Shown: piece by piece, positions 37,896-49,097 of the stretch | Layout: each line of letters opens with the position of its first letter | Numbering within the stretch: the stretch's first letter is position 1 | Origin: Bacteroidaceae bacterium | Lineage (GTDB): Bacteria; Actinomycetota; Coriobacteriia; Coriobacteriales; Eggerthellaceae | Length of the DNA stretch: 64,000 nt | NCBI GenBank assembly: GCA_963631715.1 | Contig: CAVGRL010000006.1 | Span: 6,794 to 70,793 of the forward strand | Direction: 5' to 3' | The notes under the pieces: model-generated | Told to the model about the DNA's origin: nothing | Seen by the model: only the letters and a program-made list of their open reading frames with translations | Database searches by the model: none | Made by a program: the position numbers and the translations under genes

Positions 37896-39179
37896 TTACG
37901 CTTCTACCGTGATGTATTCCATGCCGCCCATATAGGGAACAAGCACGTCGGGAACCTTGATCGAGCCGTCTGCCTGCTGGTAGTTTTCAAGAATCGCAGC
38001 CATCGTGCGGCCGGCCGGCAAGCCCGAGCCATTGAGGGTGTGCACATATCGCGTTCCCTTGAAGTTCGCCGGGTCGCGATATTTGATATTCGCGCGGCGG
38101 GCCTGGAAATCGCCGCAATTCGAGCACGACGAAATCTCTTTATACGCGTTGTAGCTCGGCAGCCAAACCTCGATATCGTAGGTTTGACGAGCGGAAAAGC
38201 CCAAGTCGCCCGTGCACAGGCTAATTACGCGATACGGCAGTCCGAGCTGCTGCAACAGGTATTCCGCCTCGGCGGTCATGCTCTCTAGCTGATTATCGGA
38301 ATCTTCCGGCGTAGCAAATTTCACCATCTCGACCTTGTCGAACTGGTGCTGGCGGATAATGCCGCGCGTATCGCGTCCGGCAGAGCCCGCCTCTTCCCGG
38401 AAGCATGGCGTGAACGCCGTGTACCATTTCGGCAAATCGGCAGCATCGAGAACCTCGTCGGCATGCAAGTTAGTCAACGTGACTTCAGCCGTGGGGATGA
38501 GGAAATTATCACCCGAAACGTGATAGGCGTCATCTTCGAACTTGGGCAGCTGTCCCGTGCCAAACATGGTCTTGCGCTTCACAATGACAGGCGGCCACCA
38601 CTCTTTGAAGCCACGCGAAGTGTGCGTATCGAGGAAATAGTTGATGAGAGCGCGCTCGAGACGGGCGCCCGCACCGCCAAGCACCGTAAAGCGGCTGCCA
38701 GAAAGCTTGTTTCCGCGGTCGAAATCCAAAATGTCCAAATCGGTGCCAAGATCCCAATGGGGCTTGAAATCGAAATCGAACTCGCGCGGGGTGCCCCAGC
38801 GGCGACGCTCGGGGTTTTCGCTCTCGTCTTTTCCGACGGGAGTCGCATCACTTGGAATGTTGGGCGAGCCGACGAGAATCTCGTTGAGCTTGGCATCTAT
38901 CGCCTCGCGAGCGGCGCTTGCCTCGGCGAGCTTGTCGTTGATCTCGCGAACCTTTTCTTTGGCCGCTTCAGCTTGCTCGCGCTGGCCCGCGCCCATCAGC
39001 TTGCCAATTTCTTTCGAAGCGGAGTTGCGTTCGGCCTGCAAGCTCTCTTCGACGGAAATCGCCGCACGGCGCTCTTCGTCGAGCTTGGCGAACAATTCCG
39101 CATCCCAATCGAAATTACGATTGGCCATCGCCTGGGCGACGGCTTCCTGATTCTCGCGAACGTAGCGAATGTCGAGCAT
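37896..39179 (-). CDS. serS: Seryl-tRNA synthetase
   Basis: From ATG 39179: [14 protein letters not shown]... (coiled-coil arm). Class II motifs are present ([37 protein letters not shown]). Confidence 0.92.
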   Translation of the reverse strand: MLDIRYVRENQEAVAQAMANRNFDWDAELFAKLDEERRAAISVEESLQAERNSASKEIGKLMGAGQREQAEAAKEKVREINDKLAEASAAREAIDAKLNEILVGSPNIPSDATPVGKDESENPERRRWGTPREFDFDFKPHWDLGTDLDILDFDRGNKLSGSRFTVLGGAGARLERALINYFLDTHTSRGFKEWWPPVIVKRKTMFGTGQLPKFEDDAYHVSGDNFLIPTAEVTLTNLHADEVLDAADLPKWYTAFTPCFREEAGSAGRDTRGIIRQHQFDKVEMVKFATPEDSDNQLESMTAEAEYLLQQLGLPYRVISLCTGDLGFSARQTYDIEVWLPSYNAYKEISSCSNCGDFQARRANIKYRDPANFKGTRYVHTLNGSGLPAGRTMAAILENYQQADGSIKVPDVLVPYMGGMEYITVEA

Positions 39180-39513
39180 GAACTGTACTCCTTCAAACGG
39201 CGTGGCGCGACGCACCTCGCACTTTCATCCCACGCGGGCATTGCGACCGCGCAAGGCATCATAAACGTATCGAGCAAGTATAGCCCAACCGCCCCGCGTC
39301 GGACATCACCGAGCCCCCAGTTGCGTGAAGGCTGCACAAGCCGAAAAGCGCGCGAGGCGTCCTCGGCAGAATGCGGGCACAGCGGCGAAAATGTACCAAG
39401 AGAACGTGCATATTCCCAAGATGGTCCACTCTCGCCCATCTCGCTGCCGCAATCGTTTAGAATCGCATGGTACGCAGCAGCGTGCATTCGTTTTTCAGGC
39501 TAGGAAGATTGCC

Positions 39514-39717
39514 ATGAGCATAGATTCTTTGTACCACTTCTTCTTCGAGTCGTTCGCAGGCGTCGGAATTCTGGTGCTTGCTGGCCTGGTCATATCCATC
39601 ATCGTATGCGTCATCATGGAATGGCGCACGCGCCAAACGTTCAAAGACCGCGGCGAAGTAGACGACGATGACGATTTCACGTTCTTCGACGACGAGGACG
39701 ACGAAGACGACAAATAA
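39514..39717 (+). CDS. Possible 67-aa membrane peptide with a poly-acidic tail
   Basis: ATG 39514 lies 7 nt after AGGAAG. One TM helix (GVGILVLAGLVISIIVCVIM) is followed by EVDDDDDFTFFDDEDDEDDK. Confidence 0.4.
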   Translation: MSIDSLYHFFFESFAGVGILVLAGLVISIIVCVIMEWRTRQTFKDRGEVDDDDDFTFFDDEDDEDDK

Positions 39718-39861
39718 CGCAGGCTCAACCCCTCGACGCCCATGCGCGATGCCCCCCCTTCATCCCGCGCGGAGGCTGCCGCCTAATCGCCGCCCACCAA
39801 AGGTGAACCGCCGAACCGAAAGCCCGAATTTTCGCAACGACGTTTTTTCAAAAGAAATCGC

Positions 39862-39890
39862 TTGCATATGAAAATGGGTTGAGGTATAGT
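39862..39890 (+). promoter_or_regulatory. Sigma-70-type promoter for tRNA-Leu
   Basis: TTGCAT (39862-39867), a 17-nt spacer, then TATAGT (39885-39890), about 25 nt before the tRNA 5' end. Confidence 0.55.
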
Positions 39891-39915
39891 TCTTTCTCGC
39901 TTCGCAAGAAGCCAC

Positions 39916-40002
39916 GCGGGCGTGGCGGAATTGGCAGACGCGTACGGTTCAGGTCCGTATGGGGGCAACCCCATGAAGGTTCAAGTCCTTTCGCCCGCAC
40001 CA
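39916..40002 (+). tRNA. tRNA-Leu (anticodon CAG), CCA encoded
   Basis: Acceptor GCGGGCG/CGCCCGC. Anticodon stem TACGG/CCGTA with loop TTCAGGT. Long variable arm (GGGG..CCCC). T-arm GAAGG-TTCAAGT-CCTTT. Discriminator A plus CCA. Confidence 0.92.
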
Positions 40003-40014
40003 CTTAAAAAGACC

Positions 40015-40047
40015 AGGCCAGGATGCAAATCCTGGCCTTTTTGTTTT
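40015..40047 (+). terminator. Intrinsic terminator after tRNA-Leu
   Basis: AGGCCAGGAT-GCAA-ATCCTGGCCT followed by TTTTGTTTT. Confidence 0.75.
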
Positions 40048-40246
40048 CCGCGACACCCCATTTGACACCCCAAATGACACCGACGTGAGCATAAAGTACA
40101 GCGTATACGCGCCAGAAGCGAATACGCCCGATATGGGCAGTGCGACGCTCGATATGCGTCCGAACGGGACAAGGGCGGCAAGCATGAACACGTCACGCAC
40201 GTAATTGATGCCGCGAGAGCATTATAAGTCCGCTAAATTTGTGCAA

Positions 40247-41572
40247 CTAATCATCAAGCCCGAATAACCCGCTCATGTACAGCGGCAAGTACGTCACGGC
40301 CCCATCGCGCTCGACGTTCCCGTCATGGAGGACGAAGGCGCGGCTCAAATGGTAATTCTCGACCTTGAGAAGGTTGTCGAGCGCCGCATGCCTATGGGAA
40401 TTCGCGCCCGACTTCACCTCGATGGGCAGAATCTCGCCGCTCCGCAGGTCGTCGACAACGAAATCGACCTCGCCGACGCCGCGCTTGTTAAAATAGTACA
40501 GCCGCTCGTGCCCGCTCGAGCGCAGCTGCTGCGCCACGGCGTTCTCGAACGCCATGCCGAAATTCACGTCTTCCTTCCTCGCGAGGATGTTGCGTACCTC
40601 GGCCGCGCCGAAGCACGAGAACAGAAGGCCCACGTCGTTCAGGTAGAGCTTGAAGAAGCTTCCTTCGGCCGTAAGGCCAAGCGGGAATGTGGGCTCGGTC
40701 ACCCTGTTGGCAGGGATGGCGACGCCGGCATGGGCAAGCCAGTCGAAATCGGGCCTGAGTTCGAGAAACCGCCGGCTCTTATCCATTCCCGAGACCACGA
40801 AGCGCCTGTTCTCCTTGTTGAGCTGCGCCGGCATGGCGTCATAGATGGTTTTGACGCGTTGCGAATGCTCTATATCTTTTATGTAGCGCGTTATGTCGGC
40901 CCTATAAGCGTCAAGAATGCTTCGCTGACGTGCCCGCATGAGCTGCGTGTCGTTCGTCGAGACGTAGGCCTGCACGGCCTCAGGCATGCCCCCGACAAGC
41001 ACGTAGAGCCAAAACAGGGCCGACAGCTTTTCGTGAATGAAATCGGGCACAGGCTTCGCGGCGAGCCCGCATTCGCGCACAACCCCCCATAGCTCGTCGA
41101 CAGCGCCGTACGCCCAGCTGAATTCCTCGAAATCGAGGGGGAACATCTCCACGACGTCGATCGTGCCGACGGGAAGCGATCGGAGATCGAACGACTCGAC
41201 GCCGAGCATCGAACCCGAGTAGATCACGTCGAAGCGTTCGTCCTGCGCGAGGTAGCGCATCCATGTGATGGCGTCCCCGCAGCGTTGGACCTCGTCGAAG
41301 AACAACAACGTTTTGCCTGGCGCGAGGGGGTTGCTCGCCAACGCGGTGATGCGCATCACGAGGTCGTCGAGGTTGCGCGCCTTCGATATGACCTCGACCG
41401 CATCCGGCTGCTCAACGAAATCGATCTTCACCATATGCTCGTAATGCGTCGCCGCGAACGCCTCTATGGTGCTCGTCTTACCAACCTGCCTCGCACCCGT
41501 GACGAGAAGGCCCTGCTTGCCTTTGGTTCGCTTCCAGTTCTCGAGTAGAGCCTCGGCTTTTCTTCGCAGCAC
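40247..41572 (-). CDS. AAA+ ATPase fused to a C-terminal PD-(D/E)xK-like nuclease-fold domain (AAA_14 + DUF4143-type)
   Basis: GTG 41572 follows GAAGGAGGAG. Walker A GARQVGKTS, Walker B LLFFDEVQ, and C-terminal GVGEVDFVV...ILPIEVKSG (D...ExK). Confidence 0.8.
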   Translation of the reverse strand: MLRRKAEALLENWKRTKGKQGLLVTGARQVGKTSTIEAFAATHYEHMVKIDFVEQPDAVEVISKARNLDDLVMRITALASNPLAPGKTLLFFDEVQRCGDAITWMRYLAQDERFDVIYSGSMLGVESFDLRSLPVGTIDVVEMFPLDFEEFSWAYGAVDELWGVVRECGLAAKPVPDFIHEKLSALFWLYVLVGGMPEAVQAYVSTNDTQLMRARQRSILDAYRADITRYIKDIEHSQRVKTIYDAMPAQLNKENRRFVVSGMDKSRRFLELRPDFDWLAHAGVAIPANRVTEPTFPLGLTAEGSFFKLYLNDVGLLFSCFGAAEVRNILARKEDVNFGMAFENAVAQQLRSSGHERLYYFNKRGVGEVDFVVDDLRSGEILPIEVKSGANSHRHAALDNLLKVENYHLSRAFVLHDGNVERDGAVTYLPLYMSGLFGLDD

Positions 41573-41608
41573 AAACTCCTCCTTCGTCTGTAAATCTACC
41601 TGGTATTA

Positions 41609-41687
41609 TGCAAAATGCAGAATTTATAGCGGTATGTTTCTGCAAAATGCAAAGTCGCAAATAGCAATATACTGCAGAATGCAAAGT
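41609..41687. repeat. Three 15-bp direct repeats phased exactly 32 bp apart in the promoter region of the AAA+ gene
   Basis: TGCAAAATGCAGAAT (41609), TGCAAAATGCAAAGT (41641), TGCAGAATGCAAAGT (41673). On the minus strand a TTGCAT-18nt-TATAAA promoter-like pair overlaps the repeats. Confidence 0.6.
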
Positions 41688-42155
41688 TCTACTGCGAGGC
41701 TTGTCGTATTCTTTTGCACCGTTTGTAGCCGTCAAGCTTCACAGGCACTTTTTTCGCGATCCCCTACAACTCGCGGACACCGGGCATGGAAATCCCTCAT
41801 TTCGCCGGCTCAGATTCGAACACGGCCCCGTCTGACCTCTCATCAGCCTTACTTTCTCACGCTTTCGTTATCCAAAAAGATGCAATTGCAGACATTGATT
41901 AACTGGGGCCGCGAGGTTGATTGAGTTTGATCGAAAGACACAGCGAAAACCGCACTTCGAGTTTCCGGCCCCTCTCGGGGAACAGGGTTTCTCAACTTGG
42001 ACTGGCTACGCTGTCAGCCTCAAGCTCCTGCCGTACGTTGGCGACACCTCTTCGCCGTGATTCATTTTTGCCATTGAGCGTTTCTTCGCACGAATTCGCC
42101 CGCGATGCGCGAGAATAGGCGAATCCAGCAAACCAGTCACATGGCGGGAGTGCAT

Positions 42156-43475
42156 ATGCGCAGTGTAAATATTGGCATCATCGGCCTTGGAACGGTTGGC
42201 GGCGGCGTCGTTCGCCTCATTCAACGCCACCACAACGACTACGTCGAACATCATGGTATCGATCTTCAAATCAAAAAGGCATGCAGCAGAAGCGACGCGG
42301 AAGCCCAAAAGCTCGGCATCTCGAACGTGTTCACAACTAACTGGCAAGAAGTGGTCAACGACGAAAACATCGACATCGTCGTTGAACTTATCGGCGGCGA
42401 CCACCCCGCGACCGAGATTTTCGAAGAGGCCATCAAAAATGGCAAACACGTCGTTTCGGCAAACAAAGCCCTGCTCGGGCGTCATGTTGAGCATCTCGGC
42501 AAGCTTGCGAGCGAACATGGCGTGCAAATCAAGTGCGAGGCGGCCGCAGCGGGCGGCATTCCCGTGGTGAGCACGCTCGAGCACGACCTCATTGGCAACC
42601 AGATCCTCACCATCGCGGGCATCATGAATGGCACGACGAACTATATCCTTTCCCGCATGGAAAAAGAGGGGCTCGGCTTTGAAGAGGTTCTGGCCGACGC
42701 GCAACGCCTTGGGTATGCCGAAGCCGACCCGACTGCCGACGTCGACGGCTTTGATGCCGCCTCGAAAATAGCCATCTTGGCATCCATCGGCTTTCGCACG
42801 CGCGTCGTTACCGACGACGTCTACATGCAAGGCATTCGCGCCATTTCCGCAACCGATATCGAAATGGCTCGCCAATTTGGTTACGCCATCAAGCTGCTCG
42901 CCATCGCGCGCAGTACCGACGAAGGCGTCGATGTGCGCGTGCATCCCACGATGATTCCCGCAACGCATCAGCTCGCAAGCGTATCGGGCGCCATGAACGC
43001 CGTGTTCGTGGTGGGCGACGCGGTAGGCGAAACCATGTTCTATGGCGCAGGCGCGGGCTCATACCCCACGGCAAGCGCAGTCGTCGGCGACGTCATGTCG
43101 CTCGCCGACCACATCGCGCATGGCAAAGAAGTCATCCCCGAAAGCGAGCCGTTTGGGCACAACCTGCCCATTCGCTCCATCGATGAGCTTTCGACGCGCT
43201 ACTACATCCGCCTCACGGTGAGCGACAAGATCGGCGTTCTTGCCGAAACCACCAAGGTGCTCGCGGATGACGGCATCTCCATCTCGCATATCAGCCAGAC
43301 GAAATCCGACGATGACGAAACATGCACGCTCATCTACATGACGCATACGGCGAAAGAACGCGATATCGAAAAGGCCCGCAAAGACCTTGAGGAGCTTGAT
43401 TCCATTCGCGCCGTGTCGTCAATTATCCGCATCGAAGACATCGATTCCTGGAACGAAGGCGCTTTCGACAACTAA
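42156..43475 (+). CDS. hom: Homoserine dehydrogenase with a C-terminal ACT domain
   Basis: ATG 42156 lies 5 nt after GGGAG. MRSVNIGIIGLGTVGGGV Rossmann motif, catalytic core and ACT-like tail. Confidence 0.88.
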   Translation: MRSVNIGIIGLGTVGGGVVRLIQRHHNDYVEHHGIDLQIKKACSRSDAEAQKLGISNVFTTNWQEVVNDENIDIVVELIGGDHPATEIFEEAIKNGKHVVSANKALLGRHVEHLGKLASEHGVQIKCEAAAAGGIPVVSTLEHDLIGNQILTIAGIMNGTTNYILSRMEKEGLGFEEVLADAQRLGYAEADPTADVDGFDAASKIAILASIGFRTRVVTDDVYMQGIRAISATDIEMARQFGYAIKLLAIARSTDEGVDVRVHPTMIPATHQLASVSGAMNAVFVVGDAVGETMFYGAGAGSYPTASAVVGDVMSLADHIAHGKEVIPESEPFGHNLPIRSIDELSTRYYIRLTVSDKIGVLAETTKVLADDGISISHISQTKSDDDETCTLIYMTHTAKERDIEKARKDLEELDSIRAVSSIIRIEDIDSWNEGAFDN

Positions 43476-43552
43476 CGCGCCCCGCGAACAGAGCGCGCGC
43501 GGGTTTGCCGCCGCTTAGCCCATAAAGCGGCGCAGGGCAGCACCGACGCATG

Positions 43553-43580
43553 AAAAAAGGAGGCCGAAGCCTCCTTTTTT
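43553..43580. terminator. Bidirectional intrinsic terminator between hom and ilvC
   Basis: AAAAAA-GGAGGC-CGAA-GCCTCC-TTTTTT. Confidence 0.8.
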
Positions 43581-43601
43581 CATGCCTTAAAAATGCCAGG
43601 T

Positions 43602-44600
43602 TTACTCGGAACGAGTCCAGCTGAACATCTCACGGATCTTCGCGCCGGTCTTCTCGATCTCGTGGTTGTTGATAGCCTCACGCTGCTCGAGGAGCCACTT
43701 GTGGTCGTTGTTGCAATCGGCAACGAACTCACGTGCGAAATCGCCATTCTGGATGCGCTCGAGGATGAGCTTCATGGCCTTGCGGGATTCTTCGTTGATG
43801 ACCTTCGGGCCGGCGTAGTACTCGCCATACTCTGCGGTATTCGAGATAGAGTAGTTCATGAAGTGGATGCCGTTCTCGTACATGAGGTCGACGATCATCT
43901 TCATCTCGTGATAGCACTCGAAGTACGCCAGCTCAGCAGGGTAGCCCGCTTCGGTCAGCGTCTCGAAGCCGGCCTTCACGAGCTCAACGAGACCGCCGCA
44001 CAAAACAGCCTGCTCGCCGAAAAGGTCCTCTTCGGTCTCTTGGGCGAAGGTCGCCTTGATGATGCCGGAGCGAGCACCGCCAACGCCCCAGCAGTAAGAC
44101 ATCGCGATATCCCACGCATCGCCCGTGGCGTCCTGAGCAACGCACGCGAGATCAGGCACACCAGAGCCTTCGGTGAACTGACGGCGAACGATGTGGCCGG
44201 GGCCCTTAGGAGCGCACATGATGACATTGACGTCTTCGGGGGCCTTGATGTAGCCATAATGAATGTTGAAACCATGGGCAAATGCCAGCGTGTCGCCAGC
44301 ATGGAGATGCGCGGCGATATGGTTCTCGTAAACCTCGGGCTGCAGCTCATCGGGAACAAGAATCATGATGACATCGGCCTCTTCGGCAGCCTGATCCATC
44401 GTGGTGACCTTCAAGCCAGCCTCTTCGGCTTTCGCCCAGCTCTTGGAGCCTTCACGCAAGCCAACGCGAACGTCAACGCCCGAATCCATGAGGTTGAGCG
44501 CATGGGCATGGCCCTGCGAGCCATAGCCAATGATGGCAACCTTCTTGCCCTTGATGACCTCGGGGTTTACATCGCTTTCGTAATAGATAGTAACAGCCAT
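43602..44600 (-). CDS. ilvC: Ketol-acid reductoisomerase
   Basis: ATG 44600 lies 6 nt after [25 protein letters not shown] and a class I KARI length of 332 aa. Confidence 0.92.
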   Translation of the reverse strand: MAVTIYYESDVNPEVIKGKKVAIIGYGSQGHAHALNLMDSGVDVRVGLREGSKSWAKAEEAGLKVTTMDQAAEEADVIMILVPDELQPEVYENHIAAHLHAGDTLAFAHGFNIHYGYIKAPEDVNVIMCAPKGPGHIVRRQFTEGSGVPDLACVAQDATGDAWDIAMSYCWGVGGARSGIIKATFAQETEEDLFGEQAVLCGGLVELVKAGFETLTEAGYPAELAYFECYHEMKMIVDLMYENGIHFMNYSISNTAEYGEYYAGPKVINEESRKAMKLILERIQNGDFAREFVADCNNDHKWLLEQREAINNHEIEKTGAKIREMFSWTRSE

Positions 44601-44807
44601 GATTTCTCCTTTTCTTTGACTGTATACAACTGATTGAATCCCGCCTGCGGGGACGCGCGGGAGGACATGCAACATGCTCAAACAGTCCTGCTCGCGACGG
44701 ACGGCGCCGTAGTGCCGCCCTGCTCACGCGGAACTGCGCTTTGCGCGCCCTCCCGCACGTCCCCGCCTTCGTATCTGGCGGTTGCGCAGCTCAAAGCTGC
44801 GTCGCGC

Positions 44808-45290
44808 TTACTCTTTCGGGCTACGGCTCATCGCAATCTTGCCGGTGCGAAGGAGCTGCTTCAGGCCGTACGCGCGGAAGAGGTCTTCCATATCCCTCAG
44901 CGTGTTCTCGTCGCCCGTTGCCTCGATAATGAGTGAATTGCGGCCCACGTCAACGATGTTGGCGTGAAACACGTTCGCGATTTCGATGACCTCGTGGCGA
45001 CGTTCGGCCGGAGCATTCACCTTGAACAGCGCCAGCTCGCGCTCAATCGCGCCTTCGTCGGTGAGGTCGGTGATCTTATTCACGCTCACCAGCTTGTGCA
45101 GCTGTTTGGTGATCTGCTCATAGCCAACTTCGTCGGCATTCACGATGGCGGTAAGCCGGCTCATCGTAGGGTCTTCGGTGGGAGCAACGGTAAGCGATTC
45201 AATGTTGAAGCCGCGACGAGAAATCATGCCGGTAACGCGCGAAAGCACGCCCGATTTATTCTCGACCAGCACGGAAAGGATATGCTTCAT
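44808..45290 (-). CDS. ilvN: Acetolactate synthase small (regulatory) subunit
   Basis: 160 aa. ACT domain [33 protein letters not shown]. Its start overlaps the ilvB stop. Confidence 0.88.
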   Translation of the reverse strand: MKHILSVLVENKSGVLSRVTGMISRRGFNIESLTVAPTEDPTMSRLTAIVNADEVGYEQITKQLHKLVSVNKITDLTDEGAIERELALFKVNAPAERRHEVIEIANVFHANIVDVGRNSLIIEATGDENTLRDMEDLFRAYGLKQLLRTGKIAMSRSPKE

Positions 45291-47155
45291 TATTTTTCCG
45301 CCCCTTCCTTTTCGGATTTTTCGCCGGAGCCCGCTCCGTTCACGCGAACGGCGCCCAGAGTAACGTCAATCGCGCCAATCACGTTGTCGAGCGCAGCACC
45401 CGGCGCCACCATCGGGTACACGTTCTGGTCGGCCGAAATGGCGACATCGAGCAAATACGGCTTGTCGCTTGCGAGCATGCGCTCGATTGCGGCGGGCACG
45501 TCTTCGGGCTTCTCGACGCGCTCCGCTTCCCACGAATACGCATCGGCAAGCTTCACGAAATCGGGATTCGCATCCAAAATGGTGGACGAATAGCGCTCGT
45601 GGTAGAACAGCTTTTGCCATTGATGGACCATGCCAAGCGCGCGGTTGTCCAGCAAAAACACCTTCACGGCCACGCCGTTGATGGCGGCAGTTGCCATTTC
45701 CTGGCTGTTCATCTGGAACGACCCGTCGCCCGCCACGCAAACAACCTGTTTATCGGGGCAACCGAACTTCGCGCCGATAGCCGCGGGAAAACCAAAGCCC
45801 ATCGTCCCCAAGCCGCCGCTCGAAATAAACGTGCGCGCGTGCTCGCGGGCGATATGCTGATGGGCCCACATCTGGTGCTGGCCTACCTCGGTGGTAACGA
45901 CGGAATTGTCGGGGTCGAGCTGACGAGACAGTTCATCGAGCGCGACCTCGGGAACGATCTGGCCCGGGTAATCTTTGAATTCCTCGTCGTAGTACGGCCA
46001 GCGTTCGCGCCATTCGTTCACCATGCCGACCCATTCGTCGTCTTGGGGCGTAGCTCCCACCTTTTCGAGCTGCGCCACAATGCCGCCCAAAATGCCCTGG
46101 GCATCGCCGACGATGGGGACATTCGCTTCACGAATCTTGCCAATTTCGGCAGGGTCGATATCGATATGGATGACCTTCGCATTCGGCGCGAACTCATCGA
46201 GCTTGCCCGTAACGCGGTCGCTGAAACGCGCGCCCGCGGCGATGATGAGGTCGCATTCCGTCATGGCCATATTGGCGTATTTGGAGCCATGCATGCCCAC
46301 GGGGCCCAGGCTCAACGGGTGCGAGCTTGGGAAACATCCTTTGCCGATAAGCGTGGTAACCACGGGAATCTGCATAGCTTCAGCGAGCGCCTTGAGCTCT
46401 GCGCACGCATGCGAGCTCACGATGCCGCCGCCAGCGTAAAGCAGCGGGCGTTTGGCCTGCTCGATAAGAGCCGTGGCCTGCTTGATTTGCTTCGCATTGC
46501 CCTTGTACGTGGGGCGATAGCTGGGAATGTTCACGCTATCGGGGTAATGAAACACCATTTCAGCGCCCTGCAGGTCGCTGGGAATGTCGATAAGCACAGG
46601 GCCGGGACGGCCGGTCGAAGCAATATAGAACGCCTCGCGGAACGTCTGGGCGAGCTCGTCGGTAGATTGCAGAAGGAAGCTATGCTTCACGATGGGCATG
46701 GTGATGCCCACGATATCGGATTCCTGGAATGCGTCGGTGCCAATGACGCCGCGCGTAACCTGGCCAGAAATTACCACCATAGGAATGGAGTCCATGTATG
46801 CGGTGGCAATGCCGGTCACAGTATTCGTGGCACCCGGACCGCTGGTCACGAGCACGACGCCAACCTTGCCCGTGGCGCGAGCATAGCCGTCGGCCATGTG
46901 CGTGGCGCCCTGCTCGTGGCGAGCGAGCACGTGGTGAAGCTTCTTGCTGTCGTAGAGCGCGTCGTAGATTTTAATAGCCTGGCCACCAGGATAGCCGAAC
47001 ACGGTATCGACGCCTTCGGCCTCAAGCGATGCGATAATCGCCTGGGCGCCCGTGAGCGTTTTGCCCTCGTGTTCGGTGTTGCTGCCCGGGCCAAGCGGCT
47101 TGCCTTCAATGGCCAGCTGCTTTTGGGCAAGCTTGTCGTTTAGGGTATTCGTCAT
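45290..47155 (-). CDS. ilvB: Acetolactate synthase large (catalytic) subunit
   Basis: 621 aa ThDP enzyme. [14 protein letters not shown] and [15 protein letters not shown]...GDGSFQMN motifs. Confidence 0.92.
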   Translation of the reverse strand: MTNTLNDKLAQKQLAIEGKPLGPGSNTEHEGKTLTGAQAIIASLEAEGVDTVFGYPGGQAIKIYDALYDSKKLHHVLARHEQGATHMADGYARATGKVGVVLVTSGPGATNTVTGIATAYMDSIPMVVISGQVTRGVIGTDAFQESDIVGITMPIVKHSFLLQSTDELAQTFREAFYIASTGRPGPVLIDIPSDLQGAEMVFHYPDSVNIPSYRPTYKGNAKQIKQATALIEQAKRPLLYAGGGIVSSHACAELKALAEAMQIPVVTTLIGKGCFPSSHPLSLGPVGMHGSKYANMAMTECDLIIAAGARFSDRVTGKLDEFAPNAKVIHIDIDPAEIGKIREANVPIVGDAQGILGGIVAQLEKVGATPQDDEWVGMVNEWRERWPYYDEEFKDYPGQIVPEVALDELSRQLDPDNSVVTTEVGQHQMWAHQHIAREHARTFISSGGLGTMGFGFPAAIGAKFGCPDKQVVCVAGDGSFQMNSQEMATAAINGVAVKVFLLDNRALGMVHQWQKLFYHERYSSTILDANPDFVKLADAYSWEAERVEKPEDVPAAIERMLASDKPYLLDVAISADQNVYPMVAPGAALDNVIGAIDVTLGAVRVNGAGSGEKSEKEGAEK

Positions 47156-48828
47156 GACAGATATGCCCCCTTATCGGCGCTGGAAACGAGCTTCGCGTAT
47201 TTCGCGAGCACGCCATGGTTATGCTTGGGCGCGGGCGGAACGAATGCCGCGCGGCGGCGCTCAATCTCTTCATCGCTCACATGCAACTCGAGTTTGCCGC
47301 CTTCGATATCGACGGTGATTTCGTCGCCGTCTTCGATAAGGGCAATAGGGCCGCCGGCAGCAGCTTCAGGGCTCACGTGTCCAACGCAGGGGCCCTTAGA
47401 GGCGCCGGAGAAGCGCCCGTCGGTCAGCAAAGCCACGCTCTTGGCCAGACCCATGCCAACGATGGCGCTGGTCGGTGTAAGCATTTCGCGCATTCCAGGG
47501 CCGCCCTTGGGGCCCTCGTAGCGAATGACGACAACGTTGCCCGGCTTAATCTCGCCGGCGAAAATGGCCTCGCACGCTTCTTCCTCGCTGTTGAAGCAGC
47601 GCGCAGGACCCGTGTGCGTCATCATGCTCGGGTCAACGGCGCTCTTCTTCACGATTCCGCCATCGGGAGCGATGTTGCCATGCAGCACGCGCAGCGCACC
47701 CACTTTGCTAAACGGGTTGTCGTGCGTGCGGCACACCTCGCCATCGGCCGGTTTGGTGCAGGTGGCGATGTATTCGGGAATCGTGCCCATGCACGTTAAC
47801 GCTGATTCGTCGAGAAGCCCAAGCTCGTGCAGCTCGTGCATAACCACAGGCACACCGCCCACGGCATACAGCGCGATAAGCGGCAAGGGGCCGGAAGGCT
47901 GCAGTTTCACCAGATGCGGCGTGCGAGCGCTTGCGGCGTCCCAGTCGTCCATGGTGATGGGATGGCCCGCCTCCATGGCGATGGCCGTCAGGTGCAGCAC
48001 CGTGTTGGTGGAGCCGCCGAATGCCATGTCGCATTCCATGGCGTTATGAATGGCCGCCTCGGTGATGATGTCACGGATGGTGACGCCCTTCTCCACGAGT
48101 TCCATCACCTTCATACCGGCATGCTTGGCCAAGCGCAAACGCTGCGAATACACAGCCGGAATGGTGCCATTGCCGGGAAGCGCGATGCCGAGCGCCTCGC
48201 ACAAGCAGTTCATGGAGTTGGCGGTAAACATGCCCGAGCAGCTGCCGCAAGTCGGGCAGGCGGTGTTCTCGTAAAACTTGAGCTCTTCCTCGGTCATCGT
48301 GCCGGCGCTCACCTGGCCCGCGCCGTCGAAGAGCGTGTTCAAGTCGGTGGTCACATAGTCGGTGGTGCCGTGCTTGAAGCCAGGAAGCATGGGGCCGCCG
48401 GAAACAAACACGGTCGGGATGTTTACGCGCAAAGCGCCCAAAATCATGCCGGGAACAATCTTGTCGCAGTTCGGGATGCAGACCGCGCCATCGAAGGCGT
48501 GGCCCTGCACTGCGCACTCGAAGCTGTCGGCGATGGCCTCGCGCGACACCAGCGAGTAGTGCATGCCGTCGTGGTTCATCGCGATGCCGTCACACACGCC
48601 AATGGTGGAAATCTCGAACGGCACGCCACCGGCCATGCGAATGCCGGCTTTCACTGCCTCGCAGATTTTATCGAGGTTGTTATGGCCAGGAATAATGTCG
48701 TTGCGAGAATTGAAAACCGCGATAAACGGACGTTCCATTTCCTCATCGGTAAGGCCGTCGGCCTTAAGCAGACTGCGATGAGGGGCACGCGCCACGCCTT
48801 TTTTAATGGCATCGCTACGAAGCTGCAT
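47152..48828 (-). CDS. ilvD: Dihydroxy-acid dehydratase
   Basis: 558 aa. [21 protein letters not shown]..., CDKIVPGM and TDGRFSG motifs. ATGA overlap with ilvB. Confidence 0.92.
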   Translation of the reverse strand: MQLRSDAIKKGVARAPHRSLLKADGLTDEEMERPFIAVFNSRNDIIPGHNNLDKICEAVKAGIRMAGGVPFEISTIGVCDGIAMNHDGMHYSLVSREAIADSFECAVQGHAFDGAVCIPNCDKIVPGMILGALRVNIPTVFVSGGPMLPGFKHGTTDYVTTDLNTLFDGAGQVSAGTMTEEELKFYENTACPTCGSCSGMFTANSMNCLCEALGIALPGNGTIPAVYSQRLRLAKHAGMKVMELVEKGVTIRDIITEAAIHNAMECDMAFGGSTNTVLHLTAIAMEAGHPITMDDWDAASARTPHLVKLQPSGPLPLIALYAVGGVPVVMHELHELGLLDESALTCMGTIPEYIATCTKPADGEVCRTHDNPFSKVGALRVLHGNIAPDGGIVKKSAVDPSMMTHTGPARCFNSEEEACEAIFAGEIKPGNVVVIRYEGPKGGPGMREMLTPTSAIVGMGLAKSVALLTDGRFSGASKGPCVGHVSPEAAAGGPIALIEDGDEITVDIEGGKLELHVSDEEIERRRAAFVPPAPKHNHGVLAKYAKLVSSADKGAYLS

Positions 48829-49097
48829 CGTTTCTTCCCCTTTCCTTCGAGCGTTTTCACTATCTCAAGGAAATGCGGGCGAGGGAGAGGCTCCGTGCTC
48901 GATGCCTATAACGGAAGGCGCCGGCGTTGCGTACTAGAAGATGGTTCGCGGTGGTGTTCCGCGTTGGCCAACTGCGTTCAGCTTCACTGCTCGAGGGAGT
49001 TTTCGGAGCCGTCCACCGCAGGTTCTCAGACTGCCTGCTTGCTGTGGGATGGGTTCGTTCCTACTCGCCCTGTCGTCGCATTTATTGAGTGACGCTG

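Noticed and set aside
41800-41846. On the minus strand, CUGAUGAG ... GAAA (hammerhead-ribozyme-like core) and a GTTCGAATC T-loop-like segment, in the long spacer upstream of hom.
   Set aside because: I could not build stem I, II or III around the core, nor a T-stem or acceptor stem around the T-loop-like sequence. An 8-mer like CTGATGAG is expected once or twice by chance in 128 kb of two-strand sequence.
40003-42155. Possible integrated element at tRNA-Leu, bounded by a direct repeat of the tRNA 3' end.
   Set aside because: I found no copy of the tRNA 3' segment (TTCAAGTCCTTTCGCCCGCACCA) downstream. There is no integrase, recombinase or phage gene. Only the weaker 'single-gene insertion' idea is kept as a finding.
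45599-47143. 514-aa plus-strand ORF. Similar long shadows occur opposite thiC (12839..14161), the EF-G paralogue (10286..11683), ilvD (47827..49092), serS (38346..39503), the GlcD-like gene (54334..55716), hom (42006..42968) and ilvC (43593..44633).
   Set aside because: Each lies opposite a gene with unmistakable conserved motifs. None has recognisable motifs or a sensible start context.
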